Assembly (NCBI GenBank): GCA_964035575.1
Contig: OZ037841.1
Location: 1 to 64,000 of the forward strand
DNA: 64,000 nucleotides
Source of the DNA: Rhynchopus sp. YZ270_cl-10
Taxonomy: Eukaryota
Direction of reading: 5' to 3'
The translations under genes were made by a program, and so were the position numbers. A model generated the notes under the pieces. It did no database searches. It was not told the origin of the DNA and saw nothing but the letters and a program-made list of their open reading frames with translations. Positions within the stretch are counted from its first letter, which is position 1. Each line of letters starts with the position of its first letter. Positions 48,101 to 59,416 of the stretch are shown here, one piece after another.

Positions 48101-49732
48101 TATTTTTTTGACTCCCTGTCTCTGCAGCTTTCTGTTTAGATCAGCTCTTTGTTCCTCAACAATACTGCTCTGTTTTTCCATCTGAAACTCTGCTTCGTGA
48201 AACAGGGTCCCAGACATGTATTTTGCCTCTGACTGTACAACGTCAAAATCAGCTTTGGAATGTTTCTCTATAAGCTCCCCCATGAGGTTCTGCTCTTTGA
48301 TCATGAGCTCCTTGAGGTTTCTTATTTGCCGTGCACTCCATATAGACTTTGCTTCCTCCACAGAAGCTGGGTCGAACACCATTTTTGACATTGGGTCCAC
48401 GTTTCTCAGCGTAACAAAACTGGCCTCATGCTCAAGCAAAAAAATCCTAGCTTTAACCTCCTCAAGCTCATCAAGTTTGGTATACGTCTGCTGCCTTTTT
48501 GTTTCAAGTGACTTTAGCTTTCTGAGATCCCATTTTTTTTGCATGATGTCGACCACACAGTCGTTGAAGGTGTGAGATTTTGGTTTGTTGTCCTTAATCA
48601 AGGGAACATTTATGTGTGACCACAGCAGCACTTTTTGGAACCTTAGCAGATTATCCTGTGTGGCATAGTATGGCCTTGAAGAAGTCCTTAACGCCGAAAT
48701 GCGAAATACTTCAGCTGAATGGAACAGCCAGGAAAATAACGGCGGTGTGTAATCGTTGAAGTCAAAGTACTGGGGAAGTTCTATGGCTGCCAAACACAAA
48801 ACTGCTGCAACACTAGCAGACAGTGCAGGTGTTATAGCACTCACATTCTCCTTTTGTAACTCTCTCTCATCCTGTCCAAGCAAAATGTATGAAAGATAGT
48901 CCATTTTGCAATTGAGAGTTTTGAACCTCAGGCAGTATTGTGTGATGTGTTTCAGTAGAATATTTACCTCTGCAAACTGTGCATAGCAGTACGGACATGT
49001 TTTTTCGCAGGTTGCTGCATGTGATTTCATGTTTTTAACCTCGGTGAATTCTTCCCCACAGTGCTCACAGCAAAGTTTTCCTAAGCACGCATGATTTTCC
49101 TTCTGTGCCTGCAGAGGTGATGAAAAACTGCGCCTACAAAGAGTACAGGCAGGTTGACATTTTTTCAGATGCTCCGTCAATTTGTGAATACGTTTGTATG
49201 TAGCATCGCAATTAGGACATTTGAAACGGCCGTCTGAAGTCTTATCCAGTTTTTGCTTCTTGGGGGGTGGCACATCAGGAGTAGAAGGTGCTTCCTGAGG
49301 AGAAGGAGTAGAAGGTGCTTCCTGAAACCCACCTGTGCAGCCCTTATGATGATTGTGCCTCTCAAGGAAATTAGAAAACGTAATTCTGCACTTTGGACAC
49401 GTTTTTTTGCATTTTTTTGAGCCTTTTTTGTGTGCTTTGAGCTGTTTATCTACTGCAAAGCTGGCACCACAGTTTTCACAAATGAAAGGTTTCTGCTCCT
49501 GCGCACTTCTTGGTTCATCATCTCCCCTCTTCCGTTTTGTACTGCATTCTACTGTTGTAGGTTCATTGCGCTCATCTTCTGTTTTTTCCTTTTCTTCATC
49601 ATCCTCTCCAGTCTGTTTTTGAAAAGCTTCTGTATCATCTTCTTCTGCCTCCTGTGTTGCTTCTTTTGTTGTCTTAGGCTTTTTGTCAGCACGCCCATCC
49701 GCAGACCCGCTCTCACTACGTTGCCTTTTCAT
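42188..49732 (-). CDS. Intact ZnF-RepHel-OTU transposase, family A, predicted 2446 aa; exons 49732-43059, 42983-42906, 42853-42629, 42551-42188
   Basis: Likely start MKRQRSESG at 49732, homologous to the B start. Contains zinc fingers, HUH/Y2 Rep, PIF1 helicase motifs and OTU Cys/His boxes. Exon lengths sum to 7341 nt, or 2447 codons. Confidence 0.92.
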
Positions 49733-49823
49733 ATTATTTATGCCATGTGTTCCTATGCTAATGTATGTGAAGAAAGAAGGAATCTGGGAAACAATGTGAA
49801 TAGAAATATTAATTCTCATTAAA

Positions 49824-49936
49824 CTCTCTTTCGTTTTGGGGAAGTGTTTCCCTCTTCAGCTTATGTTGTCTTTGTATTAGCCTTCTTATTAGTGTGCCCA
49901 TCATCAGATCTTTCCTCGCTTTCGTTGTCTTTTCAT
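49824..49936 (-). pseudogene. Decayed first ~38 codons of family B RepHel, upstream of the family A start
   Basis: Matches 30966-31078 but with a 1-bp insertion and a GAA>TAA change. Confidence 0.85.
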
Positions 49937-50264
49937 TTTTTTTTTTGCAAAAAGTAAAGTACCCAGACCACTGTTATGTTAGTTTTGAATAGTTGTGATA
50001 AATTGCTAGAAATTGTATTGTAGAAAATATAAAATGGTGGGTGGGAGAAAGTTTTGAGTTTTCAAGAAGGAAAATAAAAAAGTCTCACAACTAAGTTTTC
50101 AAAAAAAAATAATTAAAAAATGATCTTGAAAATTTTGACAAAAATTAAAACCAATCTGCATGTGCATTAAAAAAAGGGGAACCCATATTTTTGCGCAGGA
50201 AGAAGTAATTTGCACATTCTCTGCGATAAGAAATACCCCCAAACGAAAAAAAAAAAATTATTCT

Positions 50265-50829
50265 CTAATGATGTGCTTTATTGTGCTGGAAAAGAGCACC
50301 TTTGTGTTGAAATTCCCTTCCCCTCCAAGTACTAGAGCATTCGTGAGCATAACACGTCTTTGCTATTTTTTCGTCTTCTGCTGCTTCGCGCTTTCTCTTT
50401 CTGTCTAGCTCCTGTTGAGTTTGAGTTGTTGAAAGTGATACTTGAAAAGTTGATACATACCTTTTTCATGTCCTGACACAGAAGGAACACTTCGTTCAGC
50501 TGTTTCTTGAGATCTGAGACAGTCTGTTTCACCTCTTTCAGCTCTTCAGTCACTGAGGAAAAGCTTTCTGCAGAAACAGGAATTTCCAATGCTGCGGCCT
50601 GTTCTGACGGAAGCACAGAGTCCTTCTGAGTTTGCTCCTCTGTTTTAACGCCTTGCTCCTGTACCTTCGTTAGTACTGTCTCCTTCTTCTGGGAGCACAC
50701 TGGAATTGGTGGCAATTCCTCATTCTCATGAGGAGCTTGATCCTGCACATTGAACACCGCCAACATGCTTGGTGCATCTTTCTTCTGCACAAAGGGCACT
50801 GGCTTCCGCTTAATCTTCATGGTGTTCAT
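50265..50829 (-). CDS. Accessory coiled-coil/C2H2-ZnF protein, copy 3 (intron 50412-50460)
   Basis: Same structure as 16893-17457 with a few substitutions; splice sites and ZnF ligands are kept. Confidence 0.75.
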
Positions 50830-51040
50830 AGTTTTTTGAGAAATAGTTCACCTGTTTTTGGTGTGTGAGTACAAAAGTGCTATGAAAAGAGAAATGAGGG
50901 GTGAGCCAAGTTTAATTCATTTTTCTATTCAATTTTTTCGGCATTCACATTTGTAAAAATGCAAAACCTTCAGACAATAAAAAAAAAGTTCTGTTCACAA
51001 CCACACCAGCCTCCTACATTTTAGCGAGCTTTCTTCTTGT

Positions 51041-51143
51041 GCGGGTTTGCGGGTTTGCGGGTTTGCGGGTTTGCGGGTTTGCGGGTTTGCGGGTTTGCGG
51101 GTTTGCGGGTTTGCGGGTTTGCGGGTTTGCGGGTTTGCGGGTT
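51041..51143. repeat. (GCGGGTTT)13 junction tract
   Basis: Read directly. Confidence 0.97.
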
Positions 51144-51190
51144 ACACTCTGTATATTACCGCGTTTCAGGTAGCTGAGCCGGCATCTAGT

Positions 51191-54100
51191 TGCGGGTGTG
51201 GCGGGTCTGCGGGTCTGCGGGTCGGCGGGTCTGCGGGTGTGGTGTGTGTGGGTGTGGCGGGTCTGCGGGTCTGCGGGTCTGCGGGTCTGCGCGTGTGGTG
51301 TGTGTGGGTGTGGCGGGTCTGCGGGTCTGCGGGTCTGCGGGTCTGCGGGTCTGCGGGTCTGCGGGTGTGGTGTGTGTGGGTGTGGCGGGTCTGCGGGTCT
51401 GCGGGTCTGCGGGTCTGCGGGTCTGCGGGTCTGCGGGTCTGCGGGTGTGGTGTGTGTGGGTGTGGCGGGTCTGCGGGTCTGCGGGTCTGCGGGTCTGCGG
51501 GTGTGGTGTGTGTGGGTGTGGCGGGTCTGCGGGTCTGCGGGTCTGCGGGTGTGGTGTGTGTGGGTGTGGCGGGTCTGCGGGTCTGCGGGTCTGCGGGTCT
51601 GCGGGTGTGGTGTGTGTGGGTGTGGCGGGTCTGCGGGTCTGCGGGTCTGCGGGTGTGGTGTGTGTGGGTGTGGCGGGTCTGCGGGTCTGCGGGTCTGCGG
51701 GTCTGCGGGTCTGCGGGTCTGCGGGTCGGCGGGTCTGCGGGTGTGGTGTGTGTGGGTGTGGCGGGTCTGCGGGTCTGCGGGTCTGCGGGTCTGCGGGTCT
51801 GCGGGTCTGCGGGTCTGCGGGTGTGGTGTGTGTGGGTGTGGCGGGTCTGCGGGTCTGCGGGTCTGCGGGTCTGCGGGTGTGGTGTGTGTGGGTGTGGCGG
51901 GTCTGCGGGTCTGCGGGTCTGCGGGTGTGGTGTGTGTGGGTGTGGCGGGTCTGCGGGTCTGCGGGTCTGCGGGTCTGCGGGTGTGGTGTGTGTGGGTGTG
52001 GCGGGTCTGCGGGTCTGCGGGTCTGCGGGTGTGGTGTGTGTGGGTGTGGCGGGTCTGCGGGTCTGCGGGTCTGCGGGTCTGCGGGTCTGCGGGTCTGCGG
52101 GTCGGCGGGTCTGCGGGTGTGGTGTGTGTGGGTGTGGCGGGTCTGCGGGTCTGCGGGTCTGCGGGTCTGCGGGTCTGCGGGTCTGCGGGTCTGCGGGTCT
52201 GCGGGTCTGCGGGTCTGCGGGTCTGCGGGTCTGCGGGTCTGCGGGTCTGCGGGTCTGCGGGTCTGCGGGTCTGCGGGTCTGCGGGTGTGGTGTGTGTGGG
52301 TGTGGCGGGTCTGCGGGTCTGCGGGTCGGCGGGTCTGCGGGTGTGGTGTGTGTGGGTGTGGCGGGTCTGCGGGTCTGCGGGTCTGCGGGTCTGCGGGTCT
52401 GCGGGTCTGCGGGTCTGCGGGTCTGCGGGTCTGCGGGTGTGGTGTGTGTGGCTGTGGCGGGTCTGCGGGTCTGCGGGTCTGCGGGTCTGCGGGTCTGCGG
52501 GTCTGCGGGTCTGCGGGTCTGCGGGTCTGCGGGTCTGCGGGTCTGCGGGTCTGCGGGTCTGCGGGTCTGCGGGTGTGGTGTGTGGTGTGTGTGGGTGTGG
52601 CGGGTCTGCGGGTCTGCGGGTCGGCGGGTCTGCGGGTGTGGTGTGTGTGGGTGTGGCGGGTCTGCGGGTCTGCGGGTCTGCGGGTCTGCGGGTCTGCGGG
52701 TCTGCGGGTCTGCGGGTCTGCGGGTCTGCGGGTCTGCGGGTCTGCGGGTCTGCGGGTCTGCGGGTCTGCGGGTCTGCGGGTCTGCGGGTGTGGTGTGTGT
52801 GGGTGTGGCGGGTCTGCGGGTCTGCGGGTCTGCGGGTCTGCGGGTCTGCGGGTCTGCGGGTCTGCGGGTCTGCGGGTCTGCGGGTCTGCGGGTCTGCGGG
52901 TCTGCGGGTGTGGTGTGTGTGGGTGTGGCGGGTCTGCGGGTCTGCGGGTCTGCGGGTCTGCGGGTCTGCGGGTGTGGTGTGTGTGGGTGTGGCGGGTCTG
53001 CGGGTCTGCGGGTCTGCGGGTCTGCGGGTCTGCGGGTCTGCGGGTCTGCGGGTGTGGTGTGTGTGGGTGTGGCGGGTCTGCGGGTCTGCGGGTCTGCGGG
53101 TCTGCGGGTCTGCGGGTCTGCGGGTCTGCGGGTCTGCGGGTGTGGTGTGTGTGGGTGTGGCGGGTCTGCGGGTCTGCGGGTCGGCGGGTCTGCGGGTGTG
53201 GTGTGTGTGGGTGTGGCGGGTCTGCGGGTCTGCGGGTCTGCGGGTCTGCGGGTCTGCGGGTCTGCGGGTCTGCGGGTCTGCGGGTCTGCGGGTGTGGTGT
53301 GTGTGGGTGTGGCGGGTCTGCGGGTCTGCGGGTCTGCGGGTCTGCGGGTCTGCGGGTCTGCGGGTCTGCGGGTCTGCGGGTCTGCGGGTCTGCGGGTCTG
53401 CGGGTCTGCGGGTGTGGTGTGTGTGGGTGTGGCGGGTCTGCGGGTCTGCGGGTCTGCGGGTCTGCGGGTCTGCGGGTCTGCGGGTGTGGTGTGTGTGGGT
53501 GTGGCGGGTCTGCGGGTCTGCGGGTCTGCGGGTCTGCGGGTCTGCGGGTCTGCGGGTCTGCGGGTCTGCGGGTCTGCGGGTCTGCGGGTCTGCGGGTCTG
53601 CGGGTCTGCGGGTGTGGTGTGTGTGGGTGTGGCGGGTCTGCGGGTCTGCGGGTCTGCGGGTCTGCGGGTCTGCGGGTCTGCGGGTCTGCGGGTGTGGTGT
53701 GTGTGGGTGTGGCGGGTCTGCGGGTCTGCGGGTCTGCGGGTCTGCGGGTGTGGTGTGTGTGGGTGTGGCGGGTCTGCGGGTCTGCGGGTCTGCGGGTCGG
53801 CGGGTCGGCGGGTCTGCGGGTGTGGTGTGTGTGGGTGTGGCGGGTCTGCGGGTCTGCGGGTCTGCGGGTCTGCGGGTCTGCGGGTGTGGTGTGTGTGGGT
53901 GTGGCGGGTCTGCGGGTCTGCGGGTCTGCGGGTCTGCGGGTCTGCGGGTCTGCGGGTCTGCGGGTGTGGTGTGTGTGGGTGTGGCGGGTCTGCGGGTCTG
54001 CGGGTCTGCGGGTCTGCGGGTGTGGTGTGTGTGGGTGTGGCGGGTCTGCGGGTCTGCGGGTCTGCGGGTCGGCGGGTCGGCGGGTCGGCGGGTCTGCGGG

Positions 54101-55110
54101 TGTGGTGTGTGTGGGTGTGGCGGGTCTGCGGGTCTGCGGGTCTGCGGGTCTGCGGGTGTGGTGTGTGTGGGTGTGGCGGGTCTGCGGGTCTGCGGGTCGG
54201 CGGGTCTGCGGGTGTGGTGTGTGTGGGTGTGGCGGGTCTGCGGGTCTGCGGGTCTGCGGGTGTGGTGTGTGTGGGTGTGGCGGGTCTGCGGGTCTGCGGG
54301 TCGGCGGGTCTGCGGGTGTGGTGTGTGTGAGTGTGGCGGGTCTGCGGGTCTGCGGGTCTGCGGGTCTGCGGGTCTGCGGGTCTGCGGGTCTGCGGGTCTG
54401 CGGGTCTGCGGGTCTGCGGGTCTGCGGGTCTGCGGGTCTGCGGGTGTGGTGTGTGTGGGTGTGGCGGGTCTGCGGGTCTGCGGGTCTGCGGGTCTGCGGG
54501 TCTGCGGGTCTGCGGGTCGGCGGGTCGGCGGGTCTGCGGGTGTGGTGTGTGTGGGTGTGGCGGGTCAGCGGGTCTGCGGGTCTGCGGGTCTGCGGGTCTG
54601 CGGGTCGGCGGGTCGGCGGGTCTGCGGGTGTGGTGTGTGTGGGTGTGGCGGGTCTGCGGGTCTGCGGGTCTGCGGGTCTGCGGGTCGGCGGGTCTGCGGG
54701 TGTGGTGTGTGTGGGTGTGGCGGGTCTGCGGGTCTGCGGGTCTGCGGGTCTGCGGGTCTGCGGGTCTGCGGGTCTGCGGGTCTGCGGGTCTGCGGGTCTG
54801 CGGGTCTGCGGGTCTGCGGGTCTGCGGGTGTGGTGTGTGTGGGTGTGGCGGGTCTGCGGGTCTGCGGGTCTGCGGGTCTGCGGGTCTGCGGGTCTGCGGG
54901 TCTGCGGGTCTGCGGGTCTGCGGGTCTGCGGGTCTGCGGGTCTGCGGGTCTGCGGGTCTGCGGGTCTGCGGGTCTGCGGGTCTGCGGGTCTGCGGGTCTG
55001 CGGGTGTGGTGTGTGTGGGTGTGGCGGGTCTGCGGGTCTGCGGGTCGGCGGGTCTGCGGGTCTGCGGGTCTGCGGGTCTGCGGGTGTGGTGTGTGTGGGT
55101 GTAGCGGGTC
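51191..55110. repeat. Compound satellite: (GCGGGTCT)n interrupted by the 24-bp unit GCGGGTGTGGTGTGTGTGGGTGTG
   Basis: Read directly; the 24-bp unit equals 3 x 8 and preserves the phase. Confidence 0.97.
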
Positions 55111-55139
55111 TGTGGCGGGTTTGCGGGTTTGCGGGTTTG

Positions 55140-57041
55140 TGGCAAATGATGGCAAATGATGGCAAATGATGGCAAATCATGGCAAATTATGGCAAATGAT
55201 GGCAAATGATGGCAAATGATGGCAAATGATGGCAAATGATGGCAAATGATGGCAAATGATGGCAAATGATGGCAAATGATGGCAAATCTTGGCAAATTAT
55301 GGCAAATGATGGCAAATTATGGCAAATGATGGCAAATCATGGGAAATGATGGCAAATCATGGCAAATCATGGCAAATCATGGCAAATGATGGCAAATGAT
55401 GGCAAATGATGGCAAATGATGGCAAATGATGGCAAATCATGGCAAATCATGGAAAATTATGGCAAATGATGGCAAATGATGGCAAATGATGGCAAATCAT
55501 GGCAAATGATGGCAAATGATGGCAAATCATGGCAAATCATGGCAAATGATGGCAAATCATGGCAAATCATGGCAAATCATGGCAAATCATGGCAAATCAT
55601 GGCAAATCATGGCAAATTATGGCAAATGATGGCAAATCATGGCAAATGATGGCAAATCATGGCAAATTATGGCAAATGATGGCAAATGATGGCAAATGAT
55701 GGCAAATGATGGCAAATCATGGCAAATCATGGCAAATCATGGCAAATCATGGCAAATCATGGCAAATGATGGCAAATCATGGCAAATGATGGCAAATCAT
55801 GGTAAATCCCTAGTTAGCCATAAAACTGATATCCAAAAAAAATTTACAATGTTCGGAAATTTTGAACAGTATTTATGTGGGGTGGTTTTTGGGCCCAAAA
55901 TATCAACACAGTGTCTCCACTGGGGAAATTGCGTCAATTTAAGTGGGATAAGTGCTATGTGGCGAAAAAAATCGAAAATTTTGAAATTTGTTCACCACAG
56001 TGGGAAAATAGTGCAAATCATGGCAAAGCATGGCAAATCATGGCAAATCATGGCAAATGATGGCAAATGATGGCAAATCATGGCAAATGATGGCAACTGA
56101 TGGCAAATGATGGCAAATCATGGCAAATTATGGCAAATGATGGCAAAACATGGCAAATGATGGCAAAACATGGCAAATGATGGCAAATCATGGCAAATCA
56201 TGGCAAATCCTGGCAAAACAATGCAAATGATGGCAAATCCTGGCAAATGATGGCAAATGATGGCAAATGATGGCAAATCATGGCAAAACATGGCAAATCA
56301 TGGCAAATCATGGTAAATCCCAAGTTAGCCATAAAACTGATATCCAAAAAAAATTTACAATGTTCGGAAATTTTGAACAGTATTTATGTGGGGTGGTTTT
56401 TGGGCCCAAAATTTCAACACAGTGTCTCCACTGGGGAAATTGCGTCAATTTAAGTGGGATAAGTGCTATGTGGCGAAAAAAATCGAAAATTTTGAAATTT
56501 GTTCACTACAGTGGGAAAATAGTGCAAATCATGGCAAATCATGGCAAATCATGGCAAAGCATGGCAAATCATGGCAAATGATGGCAAATCATGGCAAATC
56601 ATGGCAAATCATGGTAAATCCCAAGTTAGCCATAAAACTGATATCCAAAAAATATTTACAATGTTCGGAAATTTTGAACAGTATTTATGTGGGGTGGTTT
56701 TTGGGCCCAAAATTTCAACACAGTGTCTCCACTGGGGAAATTGCGTCAATTTAAGTGGGATAAGTGCTATGTGGCGAAAAAAATCGAAAATTTTGAAATT
56801 TGTTCACTACAGTGGGAAAATAGTGCAAATCATGGCAAATCATGGCAAATCATGGCAAATGATGGCAAATCATGGCAAATCATGGCAAATGATGGCAAAT
56901 GATGGCAAATGATGGCAAATCATGGCAAATTATGGCAAATGATGGCAAATCATGGCAAATGATGGGAAATCATGGCAAATGATGGCAAATCATGGCAAAG
57001 CATGGCAAATGATGGCAAATCCTGGCAAATGATGGGAAATC
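55140..57041. repeat. 10-bp satellite (ATGGCAAATS)n with three near-identical ~215-bp inserts (from 55801, 56312, 56613)
   Basis: Read directly. Confidence 0.96.
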
Positions 57042-57042
57042 A

Positions 57043-57504
57043 TTGACACTCCGTGACACTTTTCAGAACACTTCTGATACTGATGCCCCTGAAGTTGTAG
57101 AGACCTCAGTCGCTGGAGTGAATACGCTTCTACCCGATGTGAGCAGCTTGCAGGCTACTCACAAAAATATTCTTGGGGATCACATTGCAATGGTGGTGGT
57201 GATGGAGTACCAGAAGAGGGGTCTGCCTCATGCTAATGCAATTCTTTGGAACAACAACAGAACATCACCGAAGAATCCTTTAAATGTGGGTCACATCGTA
57301 CAACTCCCTGGACCAGCACACCCAAACCTCTACAAAGCTTTCAGTCAGTATCTGATGAACAACAGGTGGATGGTTCATTACAATCTTCTCCTGAAATATC
57401 GGCGCCACAGAAACAATGAGGAAGTGCGCGGGGTCCTTGTTGTTAAGTATTTGTTTAAATACTTATTCAAGGGTGAGCCTGTGACAGGTCTATTGATGCA
57501 ATGA
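57043..57504 (+). pseudogene. Internally deleted Helitron Rep relic
   Basis: KNILGDHIAMVVVMEYQKRGLPHANAILWNNN (HUH changed to HAN), NNRWMVHYN and KYLFKYLFKG are colinear with A/B Rep, with large in-frame deletions. Opposite strand to the intact genes. Confidence 0.88.
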
Positions 57505-58215
57505 TTTGTGTGGTAGAGTTGTGAACATTAAGGATAAAATAAGAAAACAAATAAAAAATAGCGATAAGTGGGGAGATGTCTTTGTGGGCTTGCGGGTTTG
57601 CGGGTTTTTTTGTCTCAGTTAATTTTTGTTTTTGCAAAGGAAATCTCTTGTGATGAAGAAAACATTATTTTTGGGGAGTTTGTTGTTAATTGCATAAAAA
57701 GAAAAGAAAAAAAGAAAAAGAAAAAGATAAAAGTTGAAGTGAAGTTACAATTACTGGCAGTAAAGCAAATAAAAAACTTCAACACCAAAACACAGTTCAA
57801 ATGATCTAAGAAGTGTTTATTTTTCTATTTTAAATTGTTTTTTGTTTGGGTTTGTATTGGATACTTCTTCCCAGCCGGAGAGAAATCTCTTGTGATGAAG
57901 AAAACATTGTTTTTGGGGAGTTTGTTGTTGATTGCATAAAAAAAAAGGGAAAAAAAGAAAAAGAGAAAAGGTGTATCTACATTTATCAGAGCAAACCCGC
58001 AAACAAAATAACTGGGGTGTCACAGTTTTTGTTTTTTTTTATTTATTGTTTTTAGTGCCTGCTTCCGTCAGAGGTGTTTGTCAAAAATGAAATATGTCTG
58101 AACAAAAACAAAGAACACTTCAAATTTCGTTTTTTTACTACTAGTAAAGTAATTTTACGCTTCCAAAACACACACACTACCTCAGTCAATCATACACATA
58201 TTCATACACAAAAAA

Positions 58216-58719
58216 ATGCCCAAAACCCAAAGGCAACAGCTGCAGCACGACATTGACACGTTTTTGGACCTTCCTGTCACAGCTGGCCCTATAGAGCTAG
58301 CCCTGCACAAGGCAGTGGTGGCTGTCCTCTACTGCGGAGGAATTAATGAATCCGTGTGTGCAACACTGAAATCCACTGCAATGACAAGTGACGATTATGG
58401 TGCCACATTCGAGTACAAGATCGGCGGGAAGCAAAAAAGATTCTCAATTCCAGTGGGAACTCCGGCTTACGATGCCGTTCACAACTATGTGAGCGTGCGT
58501 ACGGGGTTCAAAAGCCCATACTTCTTCCTGGAATGTGACGCCACAAAATGCTTTCTGAGAGACAGGAGGATGCCAGTGAAAGCAGTGCACATGATCCTGC
58601 AAAGAATGGCTGTTACCGTAGGCACTAATCCTGCGGCTAAGCGACCTCCGTATGATGAGCATGACGCGCAGGCTGTACTAAATATTTTTTTCTACCATGT
58701 CATCTCTCTCTTTAAGTAA
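58216..58719 (+). CDS. 167-aa protein resembling a degenerate tyrosine-recombinase (Crypton/integrase-like) catalytic domain
   Basis: ATG start and a GC-richer island within AT-rich flanks. The pattern DIDTFL...KAVVAVLYCGGIN-E...YVSVR...YFFL...MAVTVG..P...YDEH follows YR domain order as I recall it, but the catalytic R, HxxR and Y appear lost. Recognition by eye only. Confidence 0.5.
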   Translation: MPKTQRQQLQHDIDTFLDLPVTAGPIELALHKAVVAVLYCGGINESVCATLKSTAMTSDDYGATFEYKIGGKQKRFSIPVGTPAYDAVHNYVSVRTGFKSPYFFLECDATKCFLRDRRMPVKAVHMILQRMAVTVGTNPAAKRPPYDEHDAQAVLNIFFYHVISLFK

Positions 58720-59162
58720 AAGAAATAGCAATACGTTTGTGGGGTGTGGGTTTCTAGGGTTTCGGGTTTTTTCGTAGTAGTAGTATCTTAAGGTGTCTTC
58801 AATATTTTGGTAGTAGTAGTATTATAAATCGTCTTAAATTTTTTGGTAGTGGTAGTATGCGGGTATTTTAAAACATCTTCAATCAGAAAAAAAAACAAAA
58901 AAAACAAAACAAAAAAAAAGAAAATAATGTCACGATAAAAACAAAGAAAAGAATCTATATATTTTTTCCTTTTTTGCAAAACATTGTACCCCTCCCAAAA
59001 CACACACATCACAACAGAGTAGTAACACTATGTTAGAGTAAAATGAAATAGAAAAGGTGAGACAACGTATTAGATAGTTGTAATCTAACATAATTACGCT
59101 TCAGGCACACCAGCCAGCTATCACACACACCAGCTAGATAACGATGGTTGCTCACTTCTCGT

Positions 59163-59369
59163 GCGGGTTTGCGGGTTTGCGGGTTTGCGGGTTTGCGGGT
59201 TTGCGGGTTTGCGGGTTTGCGGGTTTGCGGGTTTGCGGGTTTGCGGGTTTGCGGGTTTGCGGGTTTGCGGGTTTGCGGGTTTGCGGGTTTGCGGGTTTGC
59301 GGGTTTGCGGGTTTGCGGGTTTGCGGGTTTGCGGGTTTGCGGGTTTGCGGGTTTGCGGGTTTGCGGGTT
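59163..59369. repeat. (GCGGGTTT)n junction tract, ~26 units
   Basis: Read directly. Confidence 0.97.
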
Positions 59370-59416
59370 ACTCTCTGTATATTACCGCGTTTCAGGTAGC
59401 TGAGCCGGCATCTAGT

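Larger units (their letters stand above)
40404..51039 (-). mobile_element. Helitron A copy 2 (A/B chimera; first ~97 bp of the left terminus missing)
   Basis: Starts at GGGGCCCAAAAACG (equivalent to 6786). Intact A gene; region 49824-51039 is B-like; ends CTTCTTG|TGCGGGTTT. Confidence 0.92.
51144..59161. mobile_element. Satellite-rich non-autonomous unit C, copy 1 (~8 kb), probably Helitron-derived
   Basis: Bounded by GCGGGTT| and |TGCGGG. The left end TCTGTATATTACCGCGTTTCAGG resembles the A end TCTAGTTATTACGGGTTTGAGG. The right end CACACCAGCTAGATAACGATGGTTGCTCACTTCTCG is shared with 1152-1187. Contains a Rep relic and is repeated from 59370. Confidence 0.65.

Noticed and set aside
49733..49819. 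Upstream ATG extension MRINISIH... of the 2263-aa ORF
   Set aside because: Homology to family B begins at MKRQRS (49732); the extension is AT-rich leader-like sequence, though its use cannot be excluded.
51236..51256. Match of TGTGTGTGGGTGTGG to budding-yeast TG1-3 telomere sequence
   Set aside because: Low-complexity coincidence: it is a fixed satellite subunit in the wrong polarity, and the terminal repeat here is TATGGGG.
55140..57041. CRISPR-like repeat/spacer array
   Set aside because: The inserts are near-identical ~215-bp copies, the repeats are 10-bp tandem units, there are no cas genes and the context is eukaryotic.
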